Source: Phoronis australis (lineage: Eukaryota > Animalia > Phoronida). Taken from it: a DNA stretch of 64,000 bases. The position numbers were made by a program, and so were the translations under genes. The notes beneath the pieces were generated by a model. The model was given only the letters and a program-made list of their open reading frames with translations, was not told the origin of the DNA and searched no databases. Position 1 is the stretch's first letter; each line of letters begins with the position of its first letter. Of the stretch, positions 51,576-64,000 are shown one piece after another. The stretch is from the NCBI GenBank assembly GCA_002633005.1, contig NMRA01000550.1, forward strand, positions 56,089-120,088, read 5' to 3'.

Positions 51576-51740
51576 CAGTAGCGGATTTAGAAGGGGGCCC
51601 AGGGGTCCATGCCCCCCCCTAAAATTCTCACAGATTCCATTTGGCAGTACGGGGGTGCGAATGTCTGACGGGCAAAATCCTGGCTAATACTTTATACTCT
51701 GCCCTGGCCCCCCTAACTCAGAATCCTGGATCCGCCCCTG
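51576..51740 (-). mobile_element. CAGGGGCGGATCCAGG-family MITE
   Basis: cagtagcggat / atccgcccctg termini; 5-bp TSD ATTTA/ATTTA. Confidence 0.8.
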
Positions 51741-52771
51741 ATTTAGGCCTATTTATCATACGCATAGTACGCTTCAGCTTGTGGTTTGACCCCCCAAATG
51801 CATGAGAGGCGCGCCGTAAAGTGCTGGGGGGCAATAGCCCCCCACATTTTTCAGTGCTGTGCCGCCCATGGTTTATGGGCGGTTTCACCACAAGGGGGCT
51901 GGGGGCTTTAACCCCCCACTTTTTCAGTGCTGCGCCGCCCACAATATGTCCAGTTATCTCGGCCAATGTTACCACGGCGGCCCGGGGCTTAATTCTATCG
52001 TCGAGGACGTGCGGGCCAATTCGGGTGGGTGTTTTTCTCTCTTAAACGTTACTTTAGCTATTCGGTGTAACTTAATTAGCTAGGCGAAGTGCCCCCACCC
52101 CCATCAGGAAGAGAATCGTTAGGTGTTATTACCCGAGTAAATATTAAATCTCGTATGCATGGAGATCGAGTTTACATTTGAAAATTATCCATGGTCTTAT
52201 GTTAACAAAAAGGATGGGCTATTGATCTTTGAAGCGTGTTAAATTATAAGCAACATACATGTAAGAGACACTTCGTAGTCTGAGGTTTGAAATTACCGGG
52301 TATATGTTCTGTGACTAGTTGGGGTTTCTGGTTACGGTCCCATGTTCTTCTGAGAAACGTGCATACCTTCGGTACATGAAAATCGCCTTTCAATGTTTAT
52401 AGACTGCTTGACTGCATACGGCGACCAGCAAGGACTGGAGCACATTTTGCCAGTGGTACTTTGAACCAGTAGTTTCAGGGCCTACATCAATGGAGATATC
52501 GTGTCACAGCGCCACCTCTCGTAGCCTTGGGAAAAAGGGTGCTGTTAGTCAACTGAACGCCTAAGAACCGGGAACTTGCCACATCAGGGCCGAGAGCCAA
52601 CATTACGCTGAACATTTGGACATAACGAGAAAATAAAATTGTCCGAACAACTTTGCATAGATCATGAAGCAGATACATCCTCGTTTTTGGTATTAAGCTG
52701 AATGCTGGCCTGAGCAAAATTAAGCGAAATAAATTCTGATCAAAAATTCATGTGGGCCAAATCAAAGACTG

Positions 52772-54646
52772 AAGTGGCGGATCTACTGGGAGGGGATTCG
52801 GGGAATTTAACCCCCCACCTCTTGGGAGAGGACCAAAAATAGACATTTAAAAACAAAAACGGCACCGCCAGCGTGTGTAAACTCCAAGTAAACCACCCCG
52901 AAAAAATTGAGGGGGGGGTCACCCTGAAAATATGATTTCTTTGCATTGTGATTTGCTGTAATCGCGAAAAGCAACGTATTTAGAGTTTTCGTGGCTCATC
53001 GGCAAGTCGCGCAGAGTTCAATTGTGTGCGCGCTTCCGTCGATACTTCTTAAGCAGCCAAGCACTTTAGATGGATCCACCACGGAAAAGGTAGATATATA
53101 GCTGATTTTTTAGGTAACTAGCGTCTTTACTCCAAGATATGTTTTGATTTGATTAGGGAAAACACTGTGGTACCGCAACCCTGATATTTAGGTTAATCGA
53201 CGTGCAAAGTTTAACCTCCTCTGTCATACCTTGTTATGCTATTACACTCCACACGTTTGTAACTTAAATTTTGCTCAATAATCATACAGTGTACATGTAA
53301 TGTGTTTATTTTATAAAACGATCAACTCGTTTTGCGAAGAATTGCTGTTGTGGCGGGCGCTGTGGTCAAGTCGCGAATCCGTTTCAGTTGAAGATACACC
53401 CTAGCAAGTTAGGCAGTCCATGATGAACGGGTCAAATATAGTTGCTCGGCTTGTAACTCTTTTGAATGAACATGACAACCTCAAGGGGCTTTGTGCCAAG
53501 CTACCAAACGAGATGCTGACATTGTAGAGGGTTACAAGCTCATTGACACAGCAGTTGACGAAGTGCAAGCATTGGAAACAAACACTTTGAAGATGTCTGG
53601 GTTGAATGGTTCCAAGACGCGCAAACCATTGGATCCAATATACAGACTCCTCGGAAGTCCGGCAGACAACAGAACCATACGGCTAACGTTTCTGCAGAAA
53701 CATCCAGGTAATAAAATGTAATGCTACACAGTTTTCACATAATGTCAGCTTTCTGACATACTTTTTTCTTTGATACTTGTGTACAATGGAAACGAAATAG
53801 AAATTATTTTTGGACATGCCAAATTTATCCAGTAAAGCACAGGGTCTACGAACCCGCAGAAACTGATTCTAGTTTGTATTTCCACTTGGCTCTTTATCTG
53901 CTTCATAACCAAAATCTAATTCACTTAGTGCGTAGTTAAATTTGTAGTCAACACTTGTTTCTTCTAGTAAGTACTACAGAAGAACAGCAGGAATACCCTT
54001 CCTAGACAACCTCTCACATCAGTTGACCACCAGGTTTTCGGAAGACAACAGGCAGGTGGAAGTTATTTCTTGTGCCATTAGTGGTTAGCAGGATGAGGGA
54101 TGTAGACTTAGGCTCACTGGAGGATCGGCTGCTTTTCTAGGGCATCGACTTCCCACTTTCACCAGATTCCCCGAAGGTGACCGACTCCCTTCTGACTATC
54201 AGCATTTTGAGCAATACGTTGTGTCTTCTTTTAAATTGACCGGTGTAATAGTAGAAACATAAAAAGTATCAATATCTTTTGCTCTCATTTCAGCATTAAC
54301 TCCGACGCTGGTGGTCCTTCTGGAGTGCTCATAGTCGAAAGGAACTGCCAGATAACTTGCGTTCCACACTCAAGCACGCAGACGGCGACATCTTCCCAAA
54401 CGCCAGGGAGCTGTTATTGATAGGATGTCTATACCCTATTGGATCCTGTGAGGCAGAGAGATCACTTTCTGTGCTCAGGCGTGTGAAGACACACTTGAGG
54501 GCTACTATGTCTGAGGAAAGGGTTGCTGGGTTATCTTTGATGGTCATGCATGACACGTCAGCAGACACGTCATTGGTTATCAACTAAAGCGCTTTCTCCA
54601 GAGCAACCCAAGGCGTGTGTTCTGCAAGGCTTTCTTGTTTGAGTGA
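52772..54646 (+). pseudogene. hAT transposon relic with intron-containing transposase (ZMYM1/THAP12-like C-terminal half); right end not found
   Basis: Left end (c/a)agtggcggatct. Spliced peptide ...QNHTANVSAETS|SKYYRRTAGIPFLDNLSHQLTTRFS...K|H*LRRW...FPNARELLLIGCLYPIGSCEAERSLSVLRRVKTHLRATMSEERVAGLSLMVMH (hAT dimerisation domain). GT-AG introns at 53708-53967 and 54177-54293; stops and frameshifts present. Confidence 0.85.
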
Positions 54647-55010
54647 AAGTGCGCCAAGTTTTGTCAATGAGTAACGAAAAGATGTATAAAATACATGTAT
54701 GAGCAACCACTGGGGATTAAAAAGTGTCTAGGGAGCAGTTTCCAATCCAGGCTTTTTGCATAGTGTAATTTAGGTCTCGCGACCGACAAGGCCAGTTTAT
54801 TTGTGTAGCTATTGACTCTCTCGGCGAACTGGTCTTGTAATATTTTTACCACAATGTGTTTTGTAAAACTATCTACTGAGCAGTCAGTACTTACTGGTCT
54901 TGTGGCAGTTCTAGTATTTTTAGAGCTATTTAGCATAGCGAACATTTGTCTCTCGACGGACCGGCACAGATTACTGATTTGTGTAGATGTTGACTCTCAG
55001 TGTACTTCTG

Positions 55011-55609
55011 GGCCCGGTCTCCAATCTGCCAAATGTCAACTCACTTGATACATCCCAGTAAAATACAAGATACAGTATCAAAGTTTGACATCAGCGTAGG
55101 CCTACACAGCAATGGGTTTTATGTCAAGACTAAATTAGCAACAGAGATGTGATGTGATAAGCTGTTACAAATTTCTTAAGACATTTTCGGGACTGGGTGA
55201 GGAACTCAAGAAGTAAAGCTTAATAATTGCCAAATGTATCAAAGAAATGACATAAGAATATTTATTGAAACTAAAAAATGAATAACAGTTACAGAACACT
55301 CAGAATTCCACGTTATAGACATAATCTTGTAGTTGTAGCGACAGCTGACGATAATGTAGGCCTAGTTCCTGGGGTGGTCTATTCCAATAGGGAGCGATGG
55401 ATCAGCGCGTCTTTGCGTGATTTTGCATTTCGCATCATGAAGAGTTCCATAGCAACTCGAGTATGAGTGTCAGGTTTGAGTACGTTTGGAGTCTACTCGA
55501 AATACGACATTAGATACGCTTTTTTGAGTACGACTCCAGTGAGCACGATTTTGAGTATGAAATCTCGAGTATGAGTATGAGTCTGAGTACGGAGATTGGA
55601 GACCGGGCC
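55011..55609. mobile_element. Harbinger-like MITE
   Basis: TIR ggcccggtctccaatct / agattggagaccgggcc; CTG/CAG flanks. Confidence 0.7.
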
Positions 55610-56939
55610 CAGGTCTTGTATATTTTTTCACCACGGTCTACAGTATGCTTTGGTTCCGTGAAAATGTTTTCAGGTGATTTGTTTCCTGATGCATTTGACG
55701 TGTTTCGATTGTTGCGACATACAGTAGCCCACCAGTCAACGTGATTCAGCTTAATAAAGTGATACTTAAGTGTTTACTGTCGTTTTTACTACTAGGCTAT
55801 GAGCTGAGATCACCGTCGTTCGTCAGTTTTTCTCGTAACGAGACAAAACATATGTTTATTTCCGGACGTAACAGTGCTGGTCTTTGTTCTTAAACAAACT
55901 GAGGCTGCTGTCACGCGACCATCTGATATTCAAGCGTTGTTTTCTTACGTGGCCGTCGGTGCTCCTTATTCTCTTGAATATTTGGTAGTTGTCTAAACCC
56001 CTGTATGCACACTACACTTTTTCGTATACGACTTTTTGTTTTTGCTAAAAATCGGTGTGTGTAGACAGATGTTCAAACTAAAATTTTGCTGGTGGCGTGA
56101 CTCATACCCAGATATGCACAAAATTAATATGGTTTTACGGAACTTATGAGCCGAGTTCATGTGATGAAATCGAGAAAGGTTTTAAATCATCTTGAGAAAA
56201 ATTTCAGAGACTCGTCAACTGCCACAAACTCGCCAGGATGCATGGAAATTGCACTATTTGACTACAAAAACAAAGAAAATGTCCCGACTTCTCCTCGCTC
56301 GGCGTGCTACGCGCCTCCGAGTCGCGCAAAGCGCCAATCCTAAACCTCCCTTTTTACTGAAAACGTAGATTCGCCACAGTCAGGCTACCTGAAAATCACG
56401 GCTCGCACATTTACGACGAGTTCTTCACTTAAAGCGGTTATAAACCGTACTACTATGACAAAATAAACCTTTGATTTAGATCGTGAAATTGGTCTCAAAT
56501 TGTTTGTCATTCAAAATACACGTGACTTCAGGATGTGGTCACTCTGGCAGATTGTTAAAGACTAGCCAGACGGTACAAGTAGACTCGACGGGAGTGGTCA
56601 CCAGCAATAATGAACTGTCAGTTCTTTGGGTAACCAAAAATCATTTCTCATCGGAGTAACGAACATGTCGAGGCCAGTTTTACAGCGGCAAGTGGTCCAA
56701 ATCAAGTTAGTTTCCTCGACGGAAGGCGGGTTTATTGCCGCTTTAGCACGAAACACTAACCCGTTTAAATTCACTCAAAAACTCGTAAAACTGCAATCCC
56801 CTCCTCCCTCTCTCCCTCTCTTCCACCCTCCCTCCCTTCCTCTCTCTCTCTCTCTCTCTATGTTTCGTACGTAAGAAAACGCGGTAAACAGATGATATTT
56901 AACACATGGCAAAGAAAACTGCACTGGAATAAGGTTTAA

Positions 56940-58644
56940 AGGAGAATACCACCCGATTTAATTAGTCTTTTTTACCGTCTTAATCGGTCTATATCCACAT
57001 GGCCTCTTATACGGTCGACCCCACCTTGCCGAGAGGTGTCGCGTTAACCTGTGAGGAAGGTGAGAAACAACGCAGCCACGTCAGTGGTTCGTCTGCAGAG
57101 TGAATGCCGTGCTATATTGCGGTGAATCGTTCCCGCTTGCCCGAAATATGAAGCTGCGAAGAAAGCTGGCATGTCATTTTTTCGACTTTCTCGAGAGCCC
57201 GAAATGCTTAGGAAGTGGCTTGCGGTAGTGAAGAAAGTACGCTGTTAATAGCAAGTTATGAGACCGTAAAACATCTCCGTGTCTGTGGCGGGTACTTCGT
57301 CGACAGTGATTTCTCTGACAAATTCCGGCTAACCAAAGAACTATCCATACGTTCCGTTGCCTGTGCATGTTCACGGCGCCTCTCTAGTATTTCTTGATCA
57401 CTGTATTCTGGTTCGAACTGATAGCCTGTGAAACCAAACGATCCGACCCATGAAGTCTTCGTCGGATGAGCTCTTGACTAAGTCGGGATTGGCGCCGGGC
57501 GAGTGGCCATGTAGACGTTTATTCTGCGTTCTGTTTCAAAATGAATTATTTTCATCATAACCAATGCTTATATAAAACTGAAACAATTAAAGTCTACGTG
57601 TCATTAGATGTAATGCCTTTGCAGCATTTGTGAGTGCAAATGTTGAGAAGCCAGCAATGAAACCACTGCGTTTCCGGCTTTTGATGTCGGCAATAAAGGA
57701 AAATTTACTGGGCACTGAGGCCGTGTGAGCGCATGATAATTCAGTGTTTGCTGACAGAAAGCTGTTGTGAAACAATTACTCAATTTTATATGCACATGTT
57801 AGGGAAACCTTTATTTAGAAATACAAATACATTATTCAAATCATTGTTACTGTGCAACCTTTGCCTTGACGGTCTGTGGACGGGGAACCCGACTTCGCGG
57901 CCCCCGACAAGTAAGTAGTAAGCAGTTTCGTGGCTAATTCACATAAATAATTACGAGTACATTATTTCTGTGCCTCACTATTTTTGTCTTTTCGTGACTG
58001 GAGGTTTAGTTTCCAATTCAAGCTGGTTTATGTTCGTGCCAGTTCCGGCGGCCGCGACGGGCCTGATCGGGTTCCAAGCCACTGGCCGGGATAACGAGTC
58101 AGTCCGGCCGCGACGGGCCTGATCGGGTTCTGAGCCACTGGCCGGGATAACAAGCGTTTCAGTAGAACTCATCAAAAAATCGCAAGTCTAAACAACACAG
58201 ATCTATGTTCTCTTGTCTGTATTTCATGGAAGAATAATTCGAATTTATCTCCGAACAGACCTCAACCTCCTGCTACGGACCTTGGTAAATTGGGCTGCCG
58301 AACTTTGTAGGCTACGGTGTGTCCAAATAACCAATAAATCCGTAACAGTGAAATAAAACAACACCGTTTTTACATGAACTCGTTGTATTTTTAAGGGTTT
58401 TACGTCGAAGTTTGATGATTTATTGGCGTTAAACGATGAATTCAAGCGATAAGCTGACACCAGTAACCCGTGTTGTGAACTGCTGAACACTAGAATGCGT
58501 GTGAAACCGATGACGTCATTGGATAATTTCAACACCTCCGTCTGCCGTCAGGTGTCAGGTTACGCAACCGAACGTGCCGTTATCGAGTAGAACTACTCGA
58601 TTTAAATTGATACAATATAGGATGTTTTTGGGTGGCATTCTCCT
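56940..58644. mobile_element. Second Kolobok element, older and internally deleted
   Basis: TTAA on both sides (56936-56939, 58645-58648); TIR aggagaat(a/g)ccaccc. Decayed THAP on + (57104-57345: VPACPKY...FFRL...RKWL...LRVCGGYFVDSDF) and KolX start on - (57510-57340: GYQFEPEYSDQE). Confidence 0.8.
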
Positions 58645-58693
58645 TTAATTTAATCAAGTTTAAGAGTAATGGAGCATGACATCAAACCGGATC

Positions 58694-59540
58694 AAACGAG
58701 CAGCGTGGGGCGTTGAAATGCACCCACCGTCAGCACCACGAACAGCGCAGATACACGAAATGATCATTAGTTTAAATATTCTCACACGGGAATAAGCAAT
58801 GCCACTTAACTTAATAACAGCTTCTGGACGGAGTAAAGCAAGCCAGAAATGTTCTCATCAAGCCGAAAACACTACTGCCACCTTTCATCCTGATTGAAGT
58901 TTGGAGGATAGGAAGGCAGAAGACTGACAAAGGGCACAAAAACAATAGAAATGCCGTTAGGGGGCACAAAGTTGATCAAATCCATCCGAAACAGGTCGGG
59001 TTTTGTTGCGAACGTGATAGTTAATTGCCAAATCTCATGAAAATCCATCAAGGAAGTTGGTTGTTATCAAGGAAAACGCTAACAAAAACAAACTTTCCAT
59101 TAGGCGATTCGGCAGTAGTCAGATTTGTCCCAAAATCCACGTCTAGGGTACTCCCTCAATAGAAATTTTACGAAGATCCGTCAAAGAATTTGAAACGGAG
59201 CCACAAGCAAAGGGTGCAACAGCAGTCCAACCCGTTCAAAAATCGCCATCAGCCATGCACTTCACAGAATGAACACATGCCAATTTTTATAATGATCGTT
59301 ACAGTGATTTGGCCGATGAAGACGCAGACGTCAACAACCAGATTTGAGTGAAATCAACCAATGGGTGGTGCAGAATAAGTCAAATCCATCTGAAAACGAG
59401 AAAACAGTGTTGACTGTTTTGCCAATGTCAAGAAAAATCAAGGATATAGAGGAAAATGTAAAAAAAATTGCTACTATAGCACAGTGGCAGTCGGATCGTT
59501 CGTTCGAGAGTCGTCGCCATCTGTTGTCAACTTCATAGGA
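58694..59540 (-). mobile_element. Partial second copy of the HINE-like element
   Basis: The reverse complement reads ggtgggtgcatttcaacgccccacgctgctcgttt (3' subTIR plus stem-loop); internal gatggattttcatgagatttggca repeat unit. Confidence 0.65.
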
Positions 59541-60299
59541 TTCCAAATCCGGTAGTAGATATTAAAAACGACTTTTCCATCCAATTCTCTGATTCAAAAT
59601 AATACTCCGTAACCCTTTATAACCCTCAAAACTTTGGAGGGAATTTTGAAAACTGTCAAAATCTCCTAAACGGGCAAGCGTGACCTACACTTTTAGCGAA
59701 TTACACTCAACTGTTTTTTTTTTGCTTTTTTAACACTTACCAACTTATTAAGACATACACAAAAATTTAATACAACAAAAATCAGCTCAGAAACCGCCGC
59801 AGTGCGCACTTAGACAATAAACACACAATAATAAATGGGAATAATAAACTGTTATCATTACAAAAAGGAAGAAGAGAAAACTAACACTGACTTGAAACAC
59901 TTCAGTACAACAGTGCATTGTTAATAACAAATGGTGTGTCGGATAGAAGCAGCATGAGATAAATTTCTACACTGAATTTACTTGAAGCACTGATAAGGAT
60001 ATTGACTTTGTCAAGCAAACTACGGGATTCATTGAGTTCATTGAGTATAGAGAACACATCAGAGCTACTCTCGATGGTCTGGAAAATTAATTGGACAGTC
60101 CAACAGAAAGTGAATTTTAGCCTAAACTCTCCCACAGTTGCACAATAGAGGTCTCTGAAGTTGAATAGAAATGTATCAGAGTTAAGTAAAAGTCCAGAAT
60201 ATCTCGTGAGATCTAGGAATAGTTTAAAACTTGGTGAGAGAGAAAGGTAGTTTCGCATGACCGAAGTCATTTTTAAAGCTTGTTTTGATCATTGAGGGT

Positions 60300-62400
60300 C
60301 TCTTAAATTTGAAGCCAGAGTGTTCCAATTGTCTGTTGTTGATCTGCGAGTTGCCCTGAAGCATGACGTGAGATTGCGAAAATAAGGATATTCCTCAGGC
60401 CAGGCCTTCGGCATTCTCTTTCACATTTGTTAAATATAAGCTTATTAGACGCAATGCTTGTTATTGAGAACTTTTTTTCTGAACTTTTAAATGATCTTGT
60501 GATTGAAAGTGTAGCTTGATACAGCAAACGGTCTAACTGGAACACTGGCGCCAGCGGCCTCAATAGTCAAAATGGGGTACTAGGACTAGTGCATTAAACA
60601 CAACTGTTAGGTGCAATGAATGAGCTTAAGTGTCTTGATACAAGTTGGACTCAACTTTTGAATCACAGCAACAAGGTCACGACAGTGAGCATTCAAAGAT
60701 TATTTATGAGTATATTTCAGGAGTTTTCTCCCACTGTTCAGTTGTAAATCAAATGGTGTATCTACATGCAGACGTGAGTTTTTGGATGACAAGTAGGCAA
60801 TGACCATCGCCTCTGTTGGCCCGAAGCAGACGCGATGTAGAGGCTATAGGCGCTCTGTACGCCGGAAGCTTTTCGGCGAATTATGCCTCGCACCGACTAA
60901 ACCATCAAAGTCACGTTGTAATAAATACCTTTTGCGCATAGAGGAACACCTGAGGCGGTTGTCGATGTGTTTAATTCCTTCCAACTCGAACAAATACTCC
61001 TATTATCAAACTTTTTCTTCGAGCAGTCCCTATTTCAGTTCCCAAAATCGTGAAATCAACTTTTTCATTTTTTTAACCAGGCCGAAGGTCAGAAGTTGCG
61101 GACCTACCGGCGAACTTTGAAAGCTGAAGTTCCCGCCCTTCGCGTACGTGCTGCCGGGAACCAGCCGTGCATTTGCCGTGTTGTTAAACATTAAAATGTC
61201 AAATATGTGCACAAAGACTATTAAATGTCATATCAACAGCATTTATTTTTATCAAATACAAACAATGATTCATTGAAATACAATCAGTTTCAAGTAACGC
61301 CAATTAAAGACAAGTATAAGTGGTGGCATTTTGGAAACGAACATTTGACTGACAAGACCGCAATGGCTCACCTTTGGCCTATTTAAAGATTGAGGTCATG
61401 AATTGGAGCGTGCGCAGTATAAAAATGGTGAGTTCACGATTTTGGGAACTGAAATAGGGACTGCTCGAAGAAAAAGTTTCATAACGGGAGTATTTGTTCG
61501 AGTTGGAAGGAATTAAACACATCGACAACCTCCTAAGGTGTTCGTCTATGCGCAAAAGGTAGTTATAACAACGTGACTTTGATGGTTTAGTCGGTGCGAG
61601 GCATAATTCGCCGAAAAGCTTCCGGCGTACAGAGCGCCTATAGCCTCTACATCGCCTCTGCTTCGGGCCAACAGAGGCGGTGGTCATTGCCTAGATGACA
61701 AGATGATGTCGACCATCTGCTTTGAAATTCATTTGTCATGTTGGCAGCCCACGACGAAAGTTTGTGTAAATCATCTCCTAGATAGTTGTGGATTGTCCAT
61801 AGGGAAAGCAAGAAATAAAGCTGTGTCATCAGCATATAGAAAGGTTATGAGTTATTGTCGGGAAGGTCATTGATGTATAGAAGGAAAGGTAATGGACCAA
61901 GAACACTGCTCTGGGGCACACCTGCATTCGCATAACCCGAAGCAGACGACATTGAATATACGCCATCGACTCGCACACTGCAGATGCGATTGTGTAGAAA
62001 ACACTACATTAAACTTAATAGAGTGCCAGATATTCCAAACGACCCAAATTTGTAAATGAGAAGTGAGGTGAGCCCATGTTGAAGGCAGAAGCTAAATTGA
62101 GGAAAACAGACCTGATATTATTGCTTTCAAATGTACGTCATGGATTATTTCAGTGACTCGAGTTGGAAATTGTATTTTTTCGTGGTAGAAAACCAAACTT
62201 CAGTCGTTATTTTACATCGTGTGAGTTTAAACGCCCAAGGAGTTTTCGAAATATAGTCTCTTCTAGAATTTGGAGGTTTAAGGAGTGTGATGGGGCGATC
62301 ATTTGACATTTCTGACTTGCAGTCTCTTCTTGTGAAGGGGTCTACCATTATTACCAACTTCCAATCTATAGGTAATGGCCTGACAACAGAATTTTATTAG
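60300..62400 (-). pseudogene. LINE (CR1/L2-group) reverse transcriptase relic, interrupted by a MULE
   Basis: KSEMSNDRPITLL, AGVPQSSVLGPLPFLLYINDLP, LYADDTALF and LVLVPHFDY on the - strand, with stops and frameshifts; boundaries approximate. Confidence 0.8.
60794..61693. mobile_element. Non-autonomous MULE/foldback element
   Basis: ~265-bp near-identical TIRs starting TAGGCAATGACCA; 9-bp TSD GATGACAAG at 60785-60793 and 61694-61702. Confidence 0.9.
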
Positions 62401-62983
62401 TTTTGCGAGAGGTGCAGATAATTCTTTAACTATCACTTTTATCATTTCATTTGTTACGAGTTCTGAACCACGTGAGTTTTCTAACTTCTGCAGTAGTCAG
62501 TTCGTAGATCACTGAGTGGGTTGTTCATTGCACGTAATTGATAGTTTAGGGCGACGTCTCGATTAGTTAAATTAATGTAGCCTTTGTAAAATATTCTAGA
62601 AATAATGTGCATTTTTCCGACGTTATTTGTATCGGCGTATTTGTACAGGTCTAAAGAAGAGATGTGAGGAAAAACGTTATTGACTGAATGGCCTTTTTTT
62701 AAAATTTTTAACAAATTAAAATTTGTTAACAATTCTCTAGTGCTCCTTAGTTTTTATACACATCTTTAATGCTTTGAATAAGGCCGACAATGTAATTATA
62801 TTTTGTTGTACATTTTCTACGTGTTTAGACTGTTCATTGCATCGACTAAAATTAAGAGGGCTACCAGATTGTTTGTAGTACCTCTATAATTTAGTGCGTG
62901 TTTTAAGTTAGCGTTTTACCTGGTCTGTAAACCACTTCGACAAAGGGGGGCTCCTTTGAGTCTCCCGAGCCCCCTCCTCTTTG

Positions 62984-63711
62984 TACTTTCATGTACATGG
63001 CTTCCTTGATCTTTCTCTTGGTCCAACCTGTTTCACTGTCAAGTATTCGGATGTTATTCCACTGGATGTTGTGTTGTTTCGACCACATGTGTTCTGCTAC
63101 CCCTGATGAGGTATTACCCTCTCTTACGCTCGGCAATTCTTGTCTCCAGTGGTCTTAATGTTTCACCGATACACGATTCACCAAATTCACATGGAATTTC
63201 ATAGATGACATTTTTCTCATTTTTTTCCCATGTCAGTTCTTGGTTTGACTTTCGTCAATCGCCGACCCAGTGTGTCTGAGCTGAGGTATACTGTTCTTAT
63301 TTTAAATTCTCTACATATGCGTCCTAGCGTCTCGGTTATTCCGGGTATATACGGCAAGCACATAGTCTGCAGTGGGCGTTCTTCTGCCACTTTGTCTTTC
63401 CTCTGCGATGTTAAAGCCGACTTGATGATATCCCTTGGGTAGCCATTTTTTTCGAATGTCTCCGTCAGGTTGGTCATTTCTGCTTGGAGTGTTGTATCAC
63501 TGCAGATTTCCTTTGATCTTGATGCAAGGCATTTGATTATACCCTTCTTGACTCCTTTGGTGTGGATGGAGTTGAAGTCAATGTATCGTCCTGTGTGGGT
63601 TTTCTTATAGTAGACTGACGTTGTTAACTGTCCTTCGACACGAGTCACTAGTACATGTACGTCTAGGAATGGGAGACTGTTATTTGTCTCTTCTTCCATT
63701 GTGAATCTAAT
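62984..63711 (-). pseudogene. Penelope-like retroelement fragment (RT thumb plus GIY-YIG endonuclease)
   Basis: IRFTMEEETNNSLPFLDV...TSVYYKKTHTGRYIDFNSIH...NGYP...LPYIPG; after frameshifts, NVIYEIPCEFGESCIGET and SGVAEH...RKIKEAMY. Confidence 0.9.
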
Positions 63712-64000
63712 AGGGGAGTTGCAACCGAATCGATTTAACGATTGCGCATGTCCGGAAATCAGGGTGCGCAAAGGCTACTGGGATTGTTGATGGTAAACGG
63801 GATGACCGACTGGTTTGCACGACGTGTAATTTGTGTGCATTAAACTACGCTGCTGTATGTAATTCTGCCGCTATTCGCCCTAATTAGCGCCCATGGCTCA
63901 ACAAGTGCCCCAACGCGTTTTCAGACTTTGCTAAAGTAAGCGCCCAGCCCATGAACTACATGCGAAAAATGCCCTTACCTACAGTTCTAACGTCTCCAAT

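Noticed and set aside
60800-61687. Two near-identical ~105-aa ORFs as duplicated genes
   Set aside because: They are the inverted arms of a TSD-flanked MULE and contain no protein motif.

Overview
Eukaryotic DNA, AT-rich with GT-AG introns and many transposons. The overall style suggests an invertebrate bilaterian; that is an inference and the taxon cannot be fixed from the sequence. Positions 658-20708 (+) hold the last nine coding exons of a retinol saturase (RETSAT / CrtISO-like FAD oxidoreductase) gene. They splice into one open frame, and the 5' exons lie upstream of the window. A lone 5' coding exon of an unidentified gene sits at 36501-37082 (+). The rest is intron or intergenic DNA filled with mobile elements. 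There are two internally deleted Kolobok transposons (TTAA TSD, convergent THAP-transposase and Cys-rich KolX/P2X7-ballast-like ORFs) and a probable third relative. A decayed intron-containing hAT transposase comes with many related MITEs that have 5-bp TSDs. A MULE/foldback family with 9-bp TSDs includes a 58-bp pure hairpin element. Also present are Helentron-type (HINE) elements carrying a ~400-bp satellite, Harbinger-like MITEs, a tRNA-derived SINE head, a LINE RT relic, a Penelope-like relic and several minisatellites. There are no prokaryotic operons or CRISPR arrays. The most system-like observation is the two-gene Kolobok cassette with ETS-CRE and E2F promoter motifs at both ends. Kolobok itself is a known superfamily, so only the regulatory and decay details are candidates for novelty. 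All alignments and family calls were made by eye, without database searches.
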